46,334 nucleotides of DNA from an uncultured Anaerolineaceae bacterium (GCA_964570595.1 CAZMZL010000001.1:33653-79986), one strand, 5' to 3'; numbered from the stretch's first letter, positions 8,321 through 18,130 are shown. Program-made: numbers and translations. The notes: a model not told the origin generated them from the letters alone.

Positions 8321-9613
8321 GTGATCGACATACGCTTGATTCGGGAAAATCCCAAAGAAGTGCAGGAGGCGATCAGCAGCTTGGGCGCCGACGCACCCAT
8401 CGATGAGATCGTGCGCCTGGATGAGCGGCGCCGAGACCTCCTCCAGGAACTGGAGGATCTTCGCCACGAGCGCAATGTGACCTCCAAGCAGATTGGCCAG
8501 ATGAAGGACGAGGGGAAGCGGGGGGAGCTCATCGAGGGGATGGGCGGTGTTAATGACTCCATCAAGACGTTTGAAACCGAGCTCCGCGATGTGGAAGCAA
8601 ACCTGGAAGTGCTCATGTACCAGGTTCCGAACCTACCCCACGCAAGCGTGCCGTTGGGGGAAGATGAGAGCGAGAACAAAATTGTTCGCGAGGAGGGCAA
8701 GCCCAAAACCGAGGCTGAGTTCGGGTTTGCGCCCCTTCCTCATTGGGATCTGGGTCCTCGGTTGGGCATTATCGATTTTGAGCGCGGGGTCAAACTTTCG
8801 GGGAGTCGCTTCTATGTTCTCTATGGTCTGGGTTATCGTTTGCAGCGAGCTTTGATCAACTGGATGATCGATTTTCACGCCGCCCAGCACGGTTACACGG
8901 AGGTTTATCCACCCGCGATCGTGAAGGAAATATGCATGTGGGGCGCCGGTCAACTACCGAAATTCCGCGACAACATTTACCAGGATGTCGAGGACGATCT
9001 GTGGTTGGTGGGGACGGCTGAAATCCCGCTCACGAACCTGCATCGGGACGAAATCCTGGAAGTCGATAGGCTGCCCATCAAATATGTCGCACACACGCCT
9101 TGTTTCAGGCGGGAGAAATTTTCCGCAGGGCGCGATGTGCGCGGGATCAAGCGAGGGCATCAGTTTGATAAAGTCGAAATGTACCATTTCACCACACCCG
9201 AGACTTCCTACGATGAGTTGGAGCAGATCGTCCAGAACGCAGAGGATGTCTGTCGTGCCCTGGAGATCCCTCATCGTGTCATAGAAATGGTGACCGGCGA
9301 TCTGGGTTTCACGGCCGCGAAAAAATATGATATTGAGATATGGGCTCCCGGCTGCGGCGAATGGTTGGAAGTGAGCTCATGCAGCAACTGTGAGACCTTC
9401 CAGGCGAGGCGGTCCAATATTCGTTTCCGCCCCGATCCCAAAGCCAAACCAGAATTTGTGCACACGCTCAACGGCTCCGGGCTTGCTTTACCGCGCACGG
9501 TTATCGCCGTTCTGGAAAACTACCAGCAGGAAGATGGCAGCATCATCGTGCCGGAGGTGCTGCGCCCCTGGATGGGGGGCGTCCAAATTATCCAGACTGA
9601 AGAGGCTGCATGA
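8321..9613 (+). CDS. serS: Seryl-tRNA synthetase
   Basis: VIDIRLIRENP N-terminus, a coiled-coil arm and class II core motifs (FRRE, GSGLALPRT). GTG 8321 has AGGAGG 6 nt upstream; the alternative in-frame GTG 8294 has GAGGAGG 4 nt upstream. Confidence 0.9.
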   Translation: MIDIRLIRENPKEVQEAISSLGADAPIDEIVRLDERRRDLLQELEDLRHERNVTSKQIGQMKDEGKRGELIEGMGGVNDSIKTFETELRDVEANLEVLMYQVPNLPHASVPLGEDESENKIVREEGKPKTEAEFGFAPLPHWDLGPRLGIIDFERGVKLSGSRFYVLYGLGYRLQRALINWMIDFHAAQHGYTEVYPPAIVKEICMWGAGQLPKFRDNIYQDVEDDLWLVGTAEIPLTNLHRDEILEVDRLPIKYVAHTPCFRREKFSAGRDVRGIKRGHQFDKVEMYHFTTPETSYDELEQIVQNAEDVCRALEIPHRVIEMVTGDLGFTAAKKYDIEIWAPGCGEWLEVSSCSNCETFQARRSNIRFRPDPKAKPEFVHTLNGSGLALPRTVIAVLENYQQEDGSIIVPEVLRPWMGGVQIIQTEEAA

Positions 9614-10098
9614 GGGATACGATCGTAACGATCCTCGTCGGACTGATGATGCTGCTTGGGCTCATCGGCATCATCGTGCCGATCCTTCCCGATCTTCTTC
9701 TGGTTTGGGGAGGGGCGCTTGCCTATGGTTTGATTGTGGGATGGGGGACGATCGGGCCGTGGATGTTCGCCGTGATCACGCTGCTCGGCATCCTTGGCGG
9801 ATTAGCTGAAGGATGGGTGACGGGTGTAGGTGCGCGCAAAGGGGGTGCATCTTTATGGAGCGTGCTTGGTGGGTTCGCCCTCGGTCTTGTCGGGCTCATC
9901 GTCCTGGGTCCATTGGGCTTCCTCACCGGGCTGTTGTTAGGGATATTTCTACTGGAATTGTACCGTCACAGGGACGCCAAGAATGCGGCCCGGGCGACAG
10001 CCGGCACAGGATTGGGATATGGCGCATCGTTCCTGGTTAAGTTTCTTTTTGGGTTGGGGATGATCGCAGCATGGCTCATCTGGGTGTTCGCAGGGTGA
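9610..10098 (+). CDS. DUF456-like small integral membrane protein
   Basis: 162 aa, Gly/Leu-rich with 4 predicted TM helices. The ATG overlaps the serS stop (ATGA). Confidence 0.65.
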   Translation: MRDTIVTILVGLMMLLGLIGIIVPILPDLLLVWGGALAYGLIVGWGTIGPWMFAVITLLGILGGLAEGWVTGVGARKGGASLWSVLGGFALGLVGLIVLGPLGFLTGLLLGIFLLELYRHRDAKNAARATAGTGLGYGASFLVKFLFGLGMIAAWLIWVFAG

Positions 10099-10680
10099 TT
10101 ATGCTCCCGGGGAGAAAAAGACCATGCCCAACCCGTGCCTGTGAAGGCCTTCCCTTGCCCAATAATCCACAAGTGTAGACCGATCCCCAAGCGCATTAAG
10201 GAGTGGTGGAATGACGTCTTCGTGGTCGATCGCTGCGAGGGCACGCGCGGATTCGATCCTTCCGTGAGGGCGCTCTCTCTCCAGAATATCAACCAAAACA
10301 GGGATTGTATCCTCCCCGAGGGCGATCAGCGCATCGGTCGCAAGACGTGCGAGAAGAGGATCCTCCTCACATAGAAATTGGACTAGCATAGGCATAGCAT
10401 TGAGGTTCGGTTGTCTGCGCAACCCTAAAAGTGCGCTGTATTGGACGACGAGGGCAGGATCGCTCAAGCCGCGAAATATTGCCAGCTGTGAAGCAGGATG
10501 GTGGAGATGAGAAAGCGCGCCAAGAGCCAGGGCGCGTTTTTCGGAATCGCTTGAATGAAGCAACTCATTAATCACCGGGAGTGCAGCTTCGGCGTAGTTG
10601 ACGAGAAGAGAATAGACCCGCTCGACTTGCTCGTCATCCTGGACATCTAACCCGCGAAGGAGCGCGTGAAGGTCCTCCAT
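10099..10680 (-). CDS. HEAT-repeat protein
   Basis: Repeated about 30-aa helical units (SDSEKRALALGALSHL, DPALVVQYSALLGL, DPLLARLATDALIAL, RIESARALAAI). Confidence 0.65.
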   Translation of the reverse strand: MEDLHALLRGLDVQDDEQVERVYSLLVNYAEAALPVINELLHSSDSEKRALALGALSHLHHPASQLAIFRGLSDPALVVQYSALLGLRRQPNLNAMPMLVQFLCEEDPLLARLATDALIALGEDTIPVLVDILERERPHGRIESARALAAIDHEDVIPPLLNALGDRSTLVDYWAREGLHRHGLGMVFFSPGA

Positions 10681-10693
10681 ATTAACGAGGCGC

Positions 10694-10918
10694 TTAATCT
10701 CCAGGTGGCGGGACGGGAAGGTCCTCTACCGTGACCGTGACCCACTTATCTCCTTCTTCGATCAGCATGACGGGGATATCATCTTTGATCGGGTATTTAC
10801 GTCCGCAATCCGCTTCCTGGCAAATGAGCCAGGATTCCTTGTAGTATGTGAGTAAGCCTTCATTTTCTCGCACACAGGCAGGACAGCGAAGTATTTCCAG
10901 CAGGTCTTCACTGATCAT
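10694..10918 (-). CDS. Trm112/UPF0434 family zinc-ribbon-like protein
   Basis: LLEILRCPAC...L.C....C...YPI.DDIPVML signature. ATG 10918 has GAGGAG 6 nt upstream; the ORF-track start at 11044 would overlap the VanW gene. Confidence 0.7.
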   Translation of the reverse strand: MISEDLLEILRCPACVRENEGLLTYYKESWLICQEADCGRKYPIKDDIPVMLIEEGDKWVTVTVEDLPVPPPGD

Positions 10919-10994
10919 GTTCATCTCCTCGTAGTCCGGATTTCGATTCAAAACGATAGACGATGACGGGCAGGTTGTCAAATACGCGATGGAA

Positions 10995-12836
10995 TTAGGA
11001 ATCCTCCACTTCAATGTCGTCGGGAAGATCTGTGCCCGGACCAAACTCCCAGATTTCCTGCCATGGAAGATAGTGTGTTTTTATAATGTCTTCATAGAGG
11101 ACCGTGTCATCTCTGGTGACCACGCGAACGACAACGACGTCCATGCCGTCAGCCTCATAGTCGATTTTCTTGAGCTCCCCTTTATCAAGATCCGGATTTT
11201 CTCTGTAGAGCGGCTTTGGGGCATCCACCTTATTGCTTATCTGTCGGCTCCAATCGACGACCCGGTTATCCGAAGTGGAATAAAACTTCCATAACAGTTG
11301 ATTCCCATAGATGTAAGTTTCGGAGAGCAGCCAAGAAGAGGTGTCATTGGTGAATTTAAAATCGACCACAGGGACGAACACGGTAGCATCAAGGCCTGGT
11401 CCTGGGGATCCCGGTCCCTGCTCATAATAGCCGACACGATAGGCATGAGGATGCCGTTCTTCAATCTTAAGCCCTCCGAAAAATGCGGTGCGGAACAAGG
11501 TTGTACTGACCTGGCAGACACCTCCACCCACGCCTTTGATGGTCTTGTCGCCGTAGATGATGAGCGCTTCCGCGTAGCCATTATCCAGGCTGATGTCGCC
11601 GAGCACTTCGGCCATCGAAAGAGTCCCACCCGGGGGAATAAGAAGTCCATGAAACGCGGATGAAGCCGTGCGGATATTTTGAATGCGTTCCGAGCTCGAT
11701 CCGTTGAAATAAGAGGAGACCACGCTCACAGGCTCCGTGATACCCAGTTCAGCGGCCGTGGCATCGTCCCCCACCTCCGGGGGATCGATTTTGAAAGCGA
11801 GGGCAAATTTATGTTCGCCGGTCTCGATGCTCTCGTTGATGGCATCGATCGTTTCATCCAAGATCAAGGTGCGACCAATCACGGCGGGCTGCAACAAATC
11901 TAATTCCCGGGTGTCATCATTGAAGATAAAACGGGCGTTGGCTGCCTTTCGCTCAAGATCTGGCCCGAGAGGTTCCAACAGAGCCCTCAGCCCGACCGGA
12001 TCCATGGAGATATCATAGGTTCCTGCCGGCGTTCCCTCGACGAGCTCAAATCGGAGGAGGGAGGCGACATCCTTGGGGCTGAGACTCAACCCGACAAAAT
12101 CATCCGCGGTCAATTCGATGGCCTCGCTGAGCAGGGAGCGCGTCTTTTCAGCGGTGATGGAGGCATCTAAAACGTACGGTGGGGCATCATCGATGACGAG
12201 GGGAACCTCCGCATCGATCATGGCTGCAATCGGCGCCTCAAGCGTTTCTAGAGTTGCGGCGATATTCACAGAACGGCCCACCTGCCCCGCGGTCGTTTCG
12301 ACATCCGTGCCCTTCAGCGCGATGGTCGCCTCCACGGTAGGCTGGTCGATTTCTTGTGAAAGGCCGTAAAGGTAGTGGTTGCCGATAATGTGATCGAATA
12401 CGATCACGGCTGGCAGGTGATGGGACCCATACCACGATTCGATTTGCGCGCCCAGACGATCGATCACATTTCCCGAGCGCCCCACAGAAATGGCTTGCTC
12501 GGCCATGACGTTGAAATCCATGAAAGCCCCCAACTCCACCGGAGCGGCGGTCCACAATCTTTCTCCGTCTGAAAGCACGATTGTGCCTGTGAGCGGGTAA
12601 GAGAGATTTTCCTGGAGCACCGTCACAATCTCGTTGCGGTCCATGCCGCCGAGATCAACACCCTGGATTTGCACACCGGGAAATGCTTGTTCGAAGAAAT
12701 ACGCACGTGCGCCCAAGAAGTAGGCGAATAGACCCAAAAGGGCGATCAGCATCGCAGTCAGGAGGAGCACAAATACCCCGGCCACGGCGCGTGAAAGCTT
12801 TGAACCTCCCCTGGTTACTGCGGTTTCTGTATTCAT
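10995..12836 (-). CDS. VanW/YoaR-like protein with N-terminal TM anchor
   Basis: N-terminal hydrophobic helix and a C-terminal VanW core (GGGVCQVSTTLFRTAFFGGLKIEERHPHAYRVGYYE). Confidence 0.85.
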   Translation of the reverse strand: MNTETAVTRGGSKLSRAVAGVFVLLLTAMLIALLGLFAYFLGARAYFFEQAFPGVQIQGVDLGGMDRNEIVTVLQENLSYPLTGTIVLSDGERLWTAAPVELGAFMDFNVMAEQAISVGRSGNVIDRLGAQIESWYGSHHLPAVIVFDHIIGNHYLYGLSQEIDQPTVEATIALKGTDVETTAGQVGRSVNIAATLETLEAPIAAMIDAEVPLVIDDAPPYVLDASITAEKTRSLLSEAIELTADDFVGLSLSPKDVASLLRFELVEGTPAGTYDISMDPVGLRALLEPLGPDLERKAANARFIFNDDTRELDLLQPAVIGRTLILDETIDAINESIETGEHKFALAFKIDPPEVGDDATAAELGITEPVSVVSSYFNGSSSERIQNIRTASSAFHGLLIPPGGTLSMAEVLGDISLDNGYAEALIIYGDKTIKGVGGGVCQVSTTLFRTAFFGGLKIEERHPHAYRVGYYEQGPGSPGPGLDATVFVPVVDFKFTNDTSSWLLSETYIYGNQLLWKFYSTSDNRVVDWSRQISNKVDAPKPLYRENPDLDKGELKKIDYEADGMDVVVVRVVTRDDTVLYEDIIKTHYLPWQEIWEFGPGTDLPDDIEVEDS

Positions 12837-12858
12837 CGACTGCCCCTATGCGGCTGGC

Positions 12859-12867
12859 ATTATATCA
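12859..12867 (-). promoter_or_regulatory. Extended -10 element (TGATATAAT) upstream of the VanW gene
   Basis: The reverse strand reads TGATATAAT about 22 nt upstream of ATG 12836. No good -35. Confidence 0.35.
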
Positions 12868-13444
12868 TCGTCAGGACCGGATACCTGTGATCTAAGTTCC
12901 AATTTTCGTGCCGGAAAGTTGAAAAACGGGGTACGCCTCCAAAATGTGTGGTTGACCAAGCCAGGTTAAGCTGCCCTGCTCCGCCCGGAGCTTAATCTCC
13001 ACGCTCCTAGCAGAAGGGCGCTACGGACCCTCGATTTCCCAACTCGAAGGGCGACCCTTCGGACATAGGCCACGAGCCTGACTATGGATGGTCGGGGGAT
13101 CGATTAACGTCGATACGAGGAGCGATAGCGCCGTATCAAGAGCGGATGTGAAGAAAAGCGGGCCTGTCGAATGCGTCGTTCCTCCTGAAGAATGGTATGG
13201 ACGTTGCTTCGACGGGCGGTCTCCTCCCGCAGATTTCGAACCGGCGAGTGGTTTAATTCTTGCGGGAGGCATTCCTCGCCCGCCTCCACAGGTTTAAGAA
13301 AGCATCGGGATCGTTCTACGGAGCATCAGACGGATCATGGTTGCATGGGCGCCAATAGATGGAAGCCCCCAGCGCTGAACGTTTGTGGATTGATGTCATC
13401 GCTCCGCAGCATTTGGAGGAGAATTAAAAATAATCAAGGATGCG

Positions 13445-14398
13445 TTATGGCCGCAGCCAAACCTCGACGCTTGTGTAATGTACAAGACCCGGATACGAAT
13501 CACTCCATTCGGAGACGGCTACCCGCGCCCACTGTGGAAATGGTGTTTCATAATCCACTTCCACAGCGAAGGGACCGAGCTGTCCGGAGGCTCCAGCTTC
13601 AACATTTGCGGAGGCTGAGCCCAATACGTTGCCGGAGCGGTCCTTGATCTCGACCCGGAATGATCCCTCACGATCCGTCCACCCTGCTCCCTGAACAAGT
13701 ACACGCCCTCCCTCAACAATGGACTCGCTTCTCGGTCGAAAGATGGAGATCTTCTCTGCACCGCGAATAGCAGGGTAGATCTTAGCGTTACCGGTGGTGA
13801 GGAGGACGATCTCCTGCGTCGTGAGGTGCCTCAGTTCTCCATACCTCTCTCCAAACGAGCGCACAACGAGCCAGGCTTGCTCGGCCACGAGAGAGCTCTC
13901 GAAAGGAACCTCCGCGTAAAACTGCCCGGCATTACCCGGGAGGACATAGAGGTAGGTGTATCCTCGGGAGATCACCCGGCCGTCTTCACCGATTAATTCC
14001 ACGTGAACACGGTCGGTTTGACTCGGTCCACCAAATCCAGAAACCTGGATCGGGTTGGTCACGTGGGATCCTGGTCCAGGCGATAATATGCTGATTTCTT
14101 CCAACGAAACGCCTACCGAAGGCGGCGCCGGCGAAGACGTTGGAGTTTGTTCGGGTTCGATGATCACGGCTTGAGTGGAATTTGTAAACGGTAGTTGTGC
14201 AGGTGTGTTTTCAGGGGATATCGGGACGATCGGCAAGGGCGTAGTGGTGGGTTCGACCTGTGGGAGGAACGATGGATCGGAAACCTTGTTGAGTGGGAAG
14301 TTGCATGATGTAATGGCCACCGCCAAAAGCAGGAGCATCCAAGTTTTACAGTACCAGATCCGCGTTGGGCTTGAATTCGAGATCATGGGTTCCGTCAA
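13445..14398 (-). CDS. Secreted lipoprotein with tandem Gmad2-like Ig-fold domains
   Basis: Signal peptide with lipobox AITSC, a Pro/Thr-rich linker, then two repeats of the pattern I.SP..G..V..P..V.G....FE (Gmad2/GerM-associated style). Confidence 0.55.
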   Translation of the reverse strand: MTEPMISNSSPTRIWYCKTWMLLLLAVAITSCNFPLNKVSDPSFLPQVEPTTTPLPIVPISPENTPAQLPFTNSTQAVIIEPEQTPTSSPAPPSVGVSLEEISILSPGPGSHVTNPIQVSGFGGPSQTDRVHVELIGEDGRVISRGYTYLYVLPGNAGQFYAEVPFESSLVAEQAWLVVRSFGERYGELRHLTTQEIVLLTTGNAKIYPAIRGAEKISIFRPRSESIVEGGRVLVQGAGWTDREGSFRVEIKDRSGNVLGSASANVEAGASGQLGPFAVEVDYETPFPQWARVAVSEWSDSYPGLVHYTSVEVWLRP

Positions 14399-14566
14399 GT
14401 TAAACTCATCTCAACCTACCGAATTCGTGCTCGGATTTGAAGATATCCAGTCCGCAAGGTTGGCCGCCGTCTTGCAGGCGATGGGCTCCGATATCCACAG
14501 CGGTGGGGGAATCCCGGCCCGCGAGACGATCGCAAACAAGAGTACCTCGAATTTAGATGTGTGACG

Positions 14567-14905
14567 TTACACACCCGTGGTCATCGCCCGCCAACTTAAC
14601 GCAATAATAATAAAACACAGGGTACCGTAGATGAGTGAGGCGGTCCCATCATCGCGCCCTTTGCTGATCGAATAATAACCCGGAAGGGTGATGGCTACCA
14701 AAAAACCGTAAAGCACATGGATGCCCAGTCGACCGGGTCGAGCCCCGCTCAGCCATAAATAGGCTCCCAATGCGCCTTGCGCAATGAACAAGAGCTCACC
14801 GACTGCGAGGATGCCCCAATAGTTAGCGCTTATGTCTTTTCCCCGGAAGCGGGCTGTAATCCCCCAAACCCCCGCCACGAAAGCAAAGAGGACGATCGTG
14901 ACCAT
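14567..14905 (-). CDS. Small integral membrane protein (about 4 TM), unknown function
   Basis: 112 aa dominated by hydrophobic helices. No family recognised. Confidence 0.5.
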   Translation of the reverse strand: MVTIVLFAFVAGVWGITARFRGKDISANYWGILAVGELLFIAQGALGAYLWLSGARPGRLGIHVLYGFLVAITLPGYYSISKGRDDGTASLIYGTLCFIIIALSWRAMTTGV

Positions 14906-15014
14906 GAGTCGACTGTGTATATCCGAAAGCGTCAGATCGCTAACCTCCCTCGAACCCCCATCCGGTCCTCAAAAAAAGGCAGGCGAAAACTCGTTGGTCG
15001 AAAAAAGTTTTCGT

Positions 15015-16532
15015 TTAGAGTTGATAGATATCTTTGAACTTGGTCTCAAGGTAATTCATATAAGGCTCGTAATCAAGACCTTTCCCGGTTACCCGTTCGA
15101 GGAGCTCGATTGGCTCGTACTTCGCGCCATGCTGGTGGATGTTTTCCCGCAGCCATTGGAGCAGATCCTTAAAATCAGCAGCTTCGATCTTCTCGTTCAT
15201 GTCCGGGATATCGGAAGCGATCTTCTCCCACAGTTGGGATGCCACCAGATTTCCGAGCGCATACGTGGAAAAATAGCCAAATCCACCGAAGGACCAGTGA
15301 ATATCCTGAAGCACACCTTTCGCATCGTCTGGCGGCGTGAGGCCCAGAAACTCTTCGAATTTCGAATTCCATGCTTCTGGAAGATCTGCAACCGATAAGA
15401 CGCCTTCCATGAGGGCGATTTCAAGCTCAAATCGCAGCATGATGTGAAGATTGTAGGTGGCTTCATCGGCATCGACTCGAATGAAGGAGCGCTGGACCTT
15501 GTTGATCGCTCGATAGAAAGTCTCTAGATCCACGTTCTCGAGCAGCTCGGGGAAGTAGCTCTGCAGGCGTGGGAAGAATGCCTTCCAGAAAGGTCGGCTT
15601 CGACCGACGAGATTCTCCCACATACGAGATTGAGACTCGTGTATGGCGAGTGAGGCGCCATCCGCAAGCGGGGTGCGTCCGAGATCCGGGTTGATGCCTT
15701 GTTCATACATGCCATGACCCGCTTCATGCATGGAGCCAAACAGCGACGTATTCAGGAAATCCGGGATCAATCGAGTGGTGATACGGACATCTCCGATCCC
15801 GAAGGTTGTCGTGAATGGATGGACGGATTTATCCTGCCGTCCATGTTTAAAATCGTATCCAAGCGCAGCGATCACCTCGACGCCAAAATCCCATTGCTTT
15901 TGAACATCGTAATTTTGACGGACGATGGAATCGTCCACGGGAGCACCATTTTCGCTGATGGCCTGCACGAGTTCGACCTGTCTGGGGCGAATGGCGTTAA
16001 ACACAGCCTTGACCTCGTTCGTTTTCATGCCGGGTTCGAAGTCGTCCAGGAGGGGGTCGTACACGTGATCGTAGGGAGAGAAGAAGTCGACGTATTCCCG
16101 TCGTAGTTCGACCAACTTTTCGAGATGTGGTTGGAAGATTACGAAATTTGATTCTGCGCGGGCTTTCTCCCATTCAGGATGCGCAAGCGCGCCAACTCGA
16201 GAGAATTCCGTCACCCATGCCGTGGGAACACGGGTCTGTTTCTCGTATTCGTGTCTGCTTTTCTTAATCAGCCGCGCTTCGTCAGAATCTGCATCAGCGC
16301 CATCGATCTCCTCGCTGGCCGCATCCAATGCGCTTCCCATTTCATCGCTCACGAATTTTGAATGGGCGAGACCGCTGAGCGTGGCCAATTGCATCGCGCG
16401 GTCTTTCGAACCGCCAGGCGGCATATAGGTTTGTTGATCCCATTCCAGCAGGGCAACCGCGTGTGAAATGTCCGCCACTTCCCCCAACATCTCGCGCAGC
16501 CTTTCTAGCTTGTCTCCCATGAACATCTCCAT
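15015..16532 (-). CDS. Carboxypeptidase Taq-type metallopeptidase (M32)
   Basis: HEAGHGMYEQG (HExxH), SVHPFTT, DVRITTR, IRVDADE and GVLQDIHWS are all M32 hallmarks. Confidence 0.9.
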   Translation of the reverse strand: MEMFMGDKLERLREMLGEVADISHAVALLEWDQQTYMPPGGSKDRAMQLATLSGLAHSKFVSDEMGSALDAASEEIDGADADSDEARLIKKSRHEYEKQTRVPTAWVTEFSRVGALAHPEWEKARAESNFVIFQPHLEKLVELRREYVDFFSPYDHVYDPLLDDFEPGMKTNEVKAVFNAIRPRQVELVQAISENGAPVDDSIVRQNYDVQKQWDFGVEVIAALGYDFKHGRQDKSVHPFTTTFGIGDVRITTRLIPDFLNTSLFGSMHEAGHGMYEQGINPDLGRTPLADGASLAIHESQSRMWENLVGRSRPFWKAFFPRLQSYFPELLENVDLETFYRAINKVQRSFIRVDADEATYNLHIMLRFELEIALMEGVLSVADLPEAWNSKFEEFLGLTPPDDAKGVLQDIHWSFGGFGYFSTYALGNLVASQLWEKIASDIPDMNEKIEAADFKDLLQWLRENIHQHGAKYEPIELLERVTGKGLDYEPYMNYLETKFKDIYQL

Positions 16533-16593
16533 ATCGGTATCCAGGAAATCTGTCGTAACCGGGATACTTTTCGCAAAATGTAAATCTTAATTC

Positions 16594-17517
16594 TCATACC
16601 ACGCGCCATCGTAGAGGTTCACCTGCTAACGCAGCCAGGATTTCTTCGGCGATGTCGATAGAAATCCGTTTTTGTGCTTCCACCGTCTGACCCCCAATAT
16701 GTGGGGTCACGATGACATCCTGGTGCGCGAGGAGCGAAGTCGACTGCGGCGGTTCGTCCTCAAACACATCGAGTGCTGCGCCGGCAATCCGTCTTGTTTC
16801 AAGGGCAAATAACAGTGCATCTTCATCGATGATCCCACCGCGGGACGTCGAAATGAGTCGTGCATCTTGTTTCATCTTCTCAAGAGCGCGTTGATCGATG
16901 AGGTGGTACGTATCTTCCGAAAGAGGCAGGTTTAGGCTGATGTAGTCCGCTTTCGTGAGCAGATCATCGTGTGAGACGGCGATTGCGCCCCTCAGGCCAA
17001 CTTCTTCTGAGTTGAGATGGGGATCATGTCCAACCACATCCATCCCGAAAGCGGCAGCACGACGCGCAATGGCGGCGCCAATGCGTCCCACACCGAATAT
17101 TCCCAGGGTCTTCCCGTATAGCTGTGTGCCAACAAGTTCCTTCTTACGCCATGCGCCTTTTCGAGTGGTTGCATCGGCAAATGGAATTTTCCGGGCGAGC
17201 GCCAGCATCAGGCCCAGGGTGTGCTCGGCAACGGCCACCGTGGCGGCCTCGGGCGCATTCACCACCATGACCCCTGCAGCCTTCGCCGCTTGAAGATCGA
17301 TGTTGTCCACGCCGACTCCGGCGCGACCAATGACGCTCAAACGAGCACCGCCGCTCTCAATTATCCGAGCGTCGATTTTTGTTCGACTTCTGACGATGAC
17401 AGCGTCGTACTCGCCAGACAGTTCCGCCGAATCCATCTCGGTGACATCGACCTGCTCTCTTAGGAGCGCTATCCCGGTAGAAGAAAGCCCGTCGGTGACG
17501 AGCACGCGTCTCTTCAT
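16594..17517 (-). CDS. D-isomer-specific 2-hydroxyacid dehydrogenase (phosphoglycerate dehydrogenase-like, no ACT domain)
   Basis: GIFGVGRIGAAIARRA NAD motif, the catalytic R...E...H pattern (SRGGIIDE, TPHIGG), 307 aa. Confidence 0.85.
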   Translation of the reverse strand: MKRRVLVTDGLSSTGIALLREQVDVTEMDSAELSGEYDAVIVRSRTKIDARIIESGGARLSVIGRAGVGVDNIDLQAAKAAGVMVVNAPEAATVAVAEHTLGLMLALARKIPFADATTRKGAWRKKELVGTQLYGKTLGIFGVGRIGAAIARRAAAFGMDVVGHDPHLNSEEVGLRGAIAVSHDDLLTKADYISLNLPLSEDTYHLIDQRALEKMKQDARLISTSRGGIIDEDALLFALETRRIAGAALDVFEDEPPQSTSLLAHQDVIVTPHIGGQTVEAQKRISIDIAEEILAALAGEPLRWRVV

Positions 17518-17674
17518 TGAATGGCTCCACTGTTCATATTCATCACTCCATCATTGTACCCTGCCGCAGGTGTGCTCGCGAAAGATGGAATCATAGGAAG
17601 CATCCGCTCACCTTTCCACGATATCCTGAGCTTATGCGAAAATATTTCGATGGGGGCATCAGGATGATGCGTGA

Positions 17675-18130
17675 TTACGATGAAGCCCCGGTGTATTTCT
17701 CCTCAATCTCGCAAAGGATGGCAAGACAGGCATCATCCTCTGGGTTGGGGATGTACGAGGTCGTCATCCAGGCCTCAATGATTTCTCTTGCGATGGTTTC
17801 TGATGTGCTTCTTATAGATAGGCAGAGCACGTTGGCATCATTCCAGAGTCGTGCGCCACGGGCGGTTTCTGCATCGGCACAGAGCGCCGCTCGAACACCG
17901 GCAACTTTGTTGGCGACAATGCTCACGCCTGTGCCGGTCCAGCAAAACAAGATTCCCATGTCCGCGACCCCCTGTGTGACGGCTTTGGCTACGTCGAGAG
18001 CGACATCCGGCCAGGAGGCATCCTGATCGCTCAGGGGACCGTACGGAACAAGATCGTGTTCGACATTCAATAATTCCGACACCGCCTCGGTGAGGTGCGT
18101 CTTCTCGTCTGAACCCATTGCGATTTTCAT
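17675..18130 (-). CDS. rpiB: Ribose-5-phosphate isomerase B (RpiB/LacA/LacB family)
   Basis: MKIAMGSDE..., GILFCWTGTGVSIVANKVAGVRAA motif. The alternative GTG start at 18136 adds 2 aa. Confidence 0.85.
   Translation of the reverse strand: MKIAMGSDEKTHLTEAVSELLNVEHDLVPYGPLSDQDASWPDVALDVAKAVTQGVADMGILFCWTGTGVSIVANKVAGVRAALCADAETARGARLWNDANVLCLSIRSTSETIAREIIEAWMTTSYIPNPEDDACLAILCEIEEKYTGASS

Noticed and set aside
12966-12995. Hairpin UUAAGCUCC-GGGC-GGAGCAGGGCAGCUUAA (minus strand) resembling the SRP RNA helix 8 motif
   Set aside because: The would-be symmetric loop is Watson-Crick paired, the tetraloop is not GNAR, and the surrounding sequence does not form the long SRP hairpin.
13228-13250. 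T-loop-like GGTTCGAAA on the minus strand, and UUCGACGGG on the plus strand (13207-13216) reminiscent of a tmRNA 5' region
   Set aside because: The flanking bases cannot form a 5-bp T-stem. There is no acceptor stem, no CCA-proximal GCCUCCACCA partner and no tag ORF ending in the usual Ala-Ala stop. Not callable as tRNA or tmRNA.
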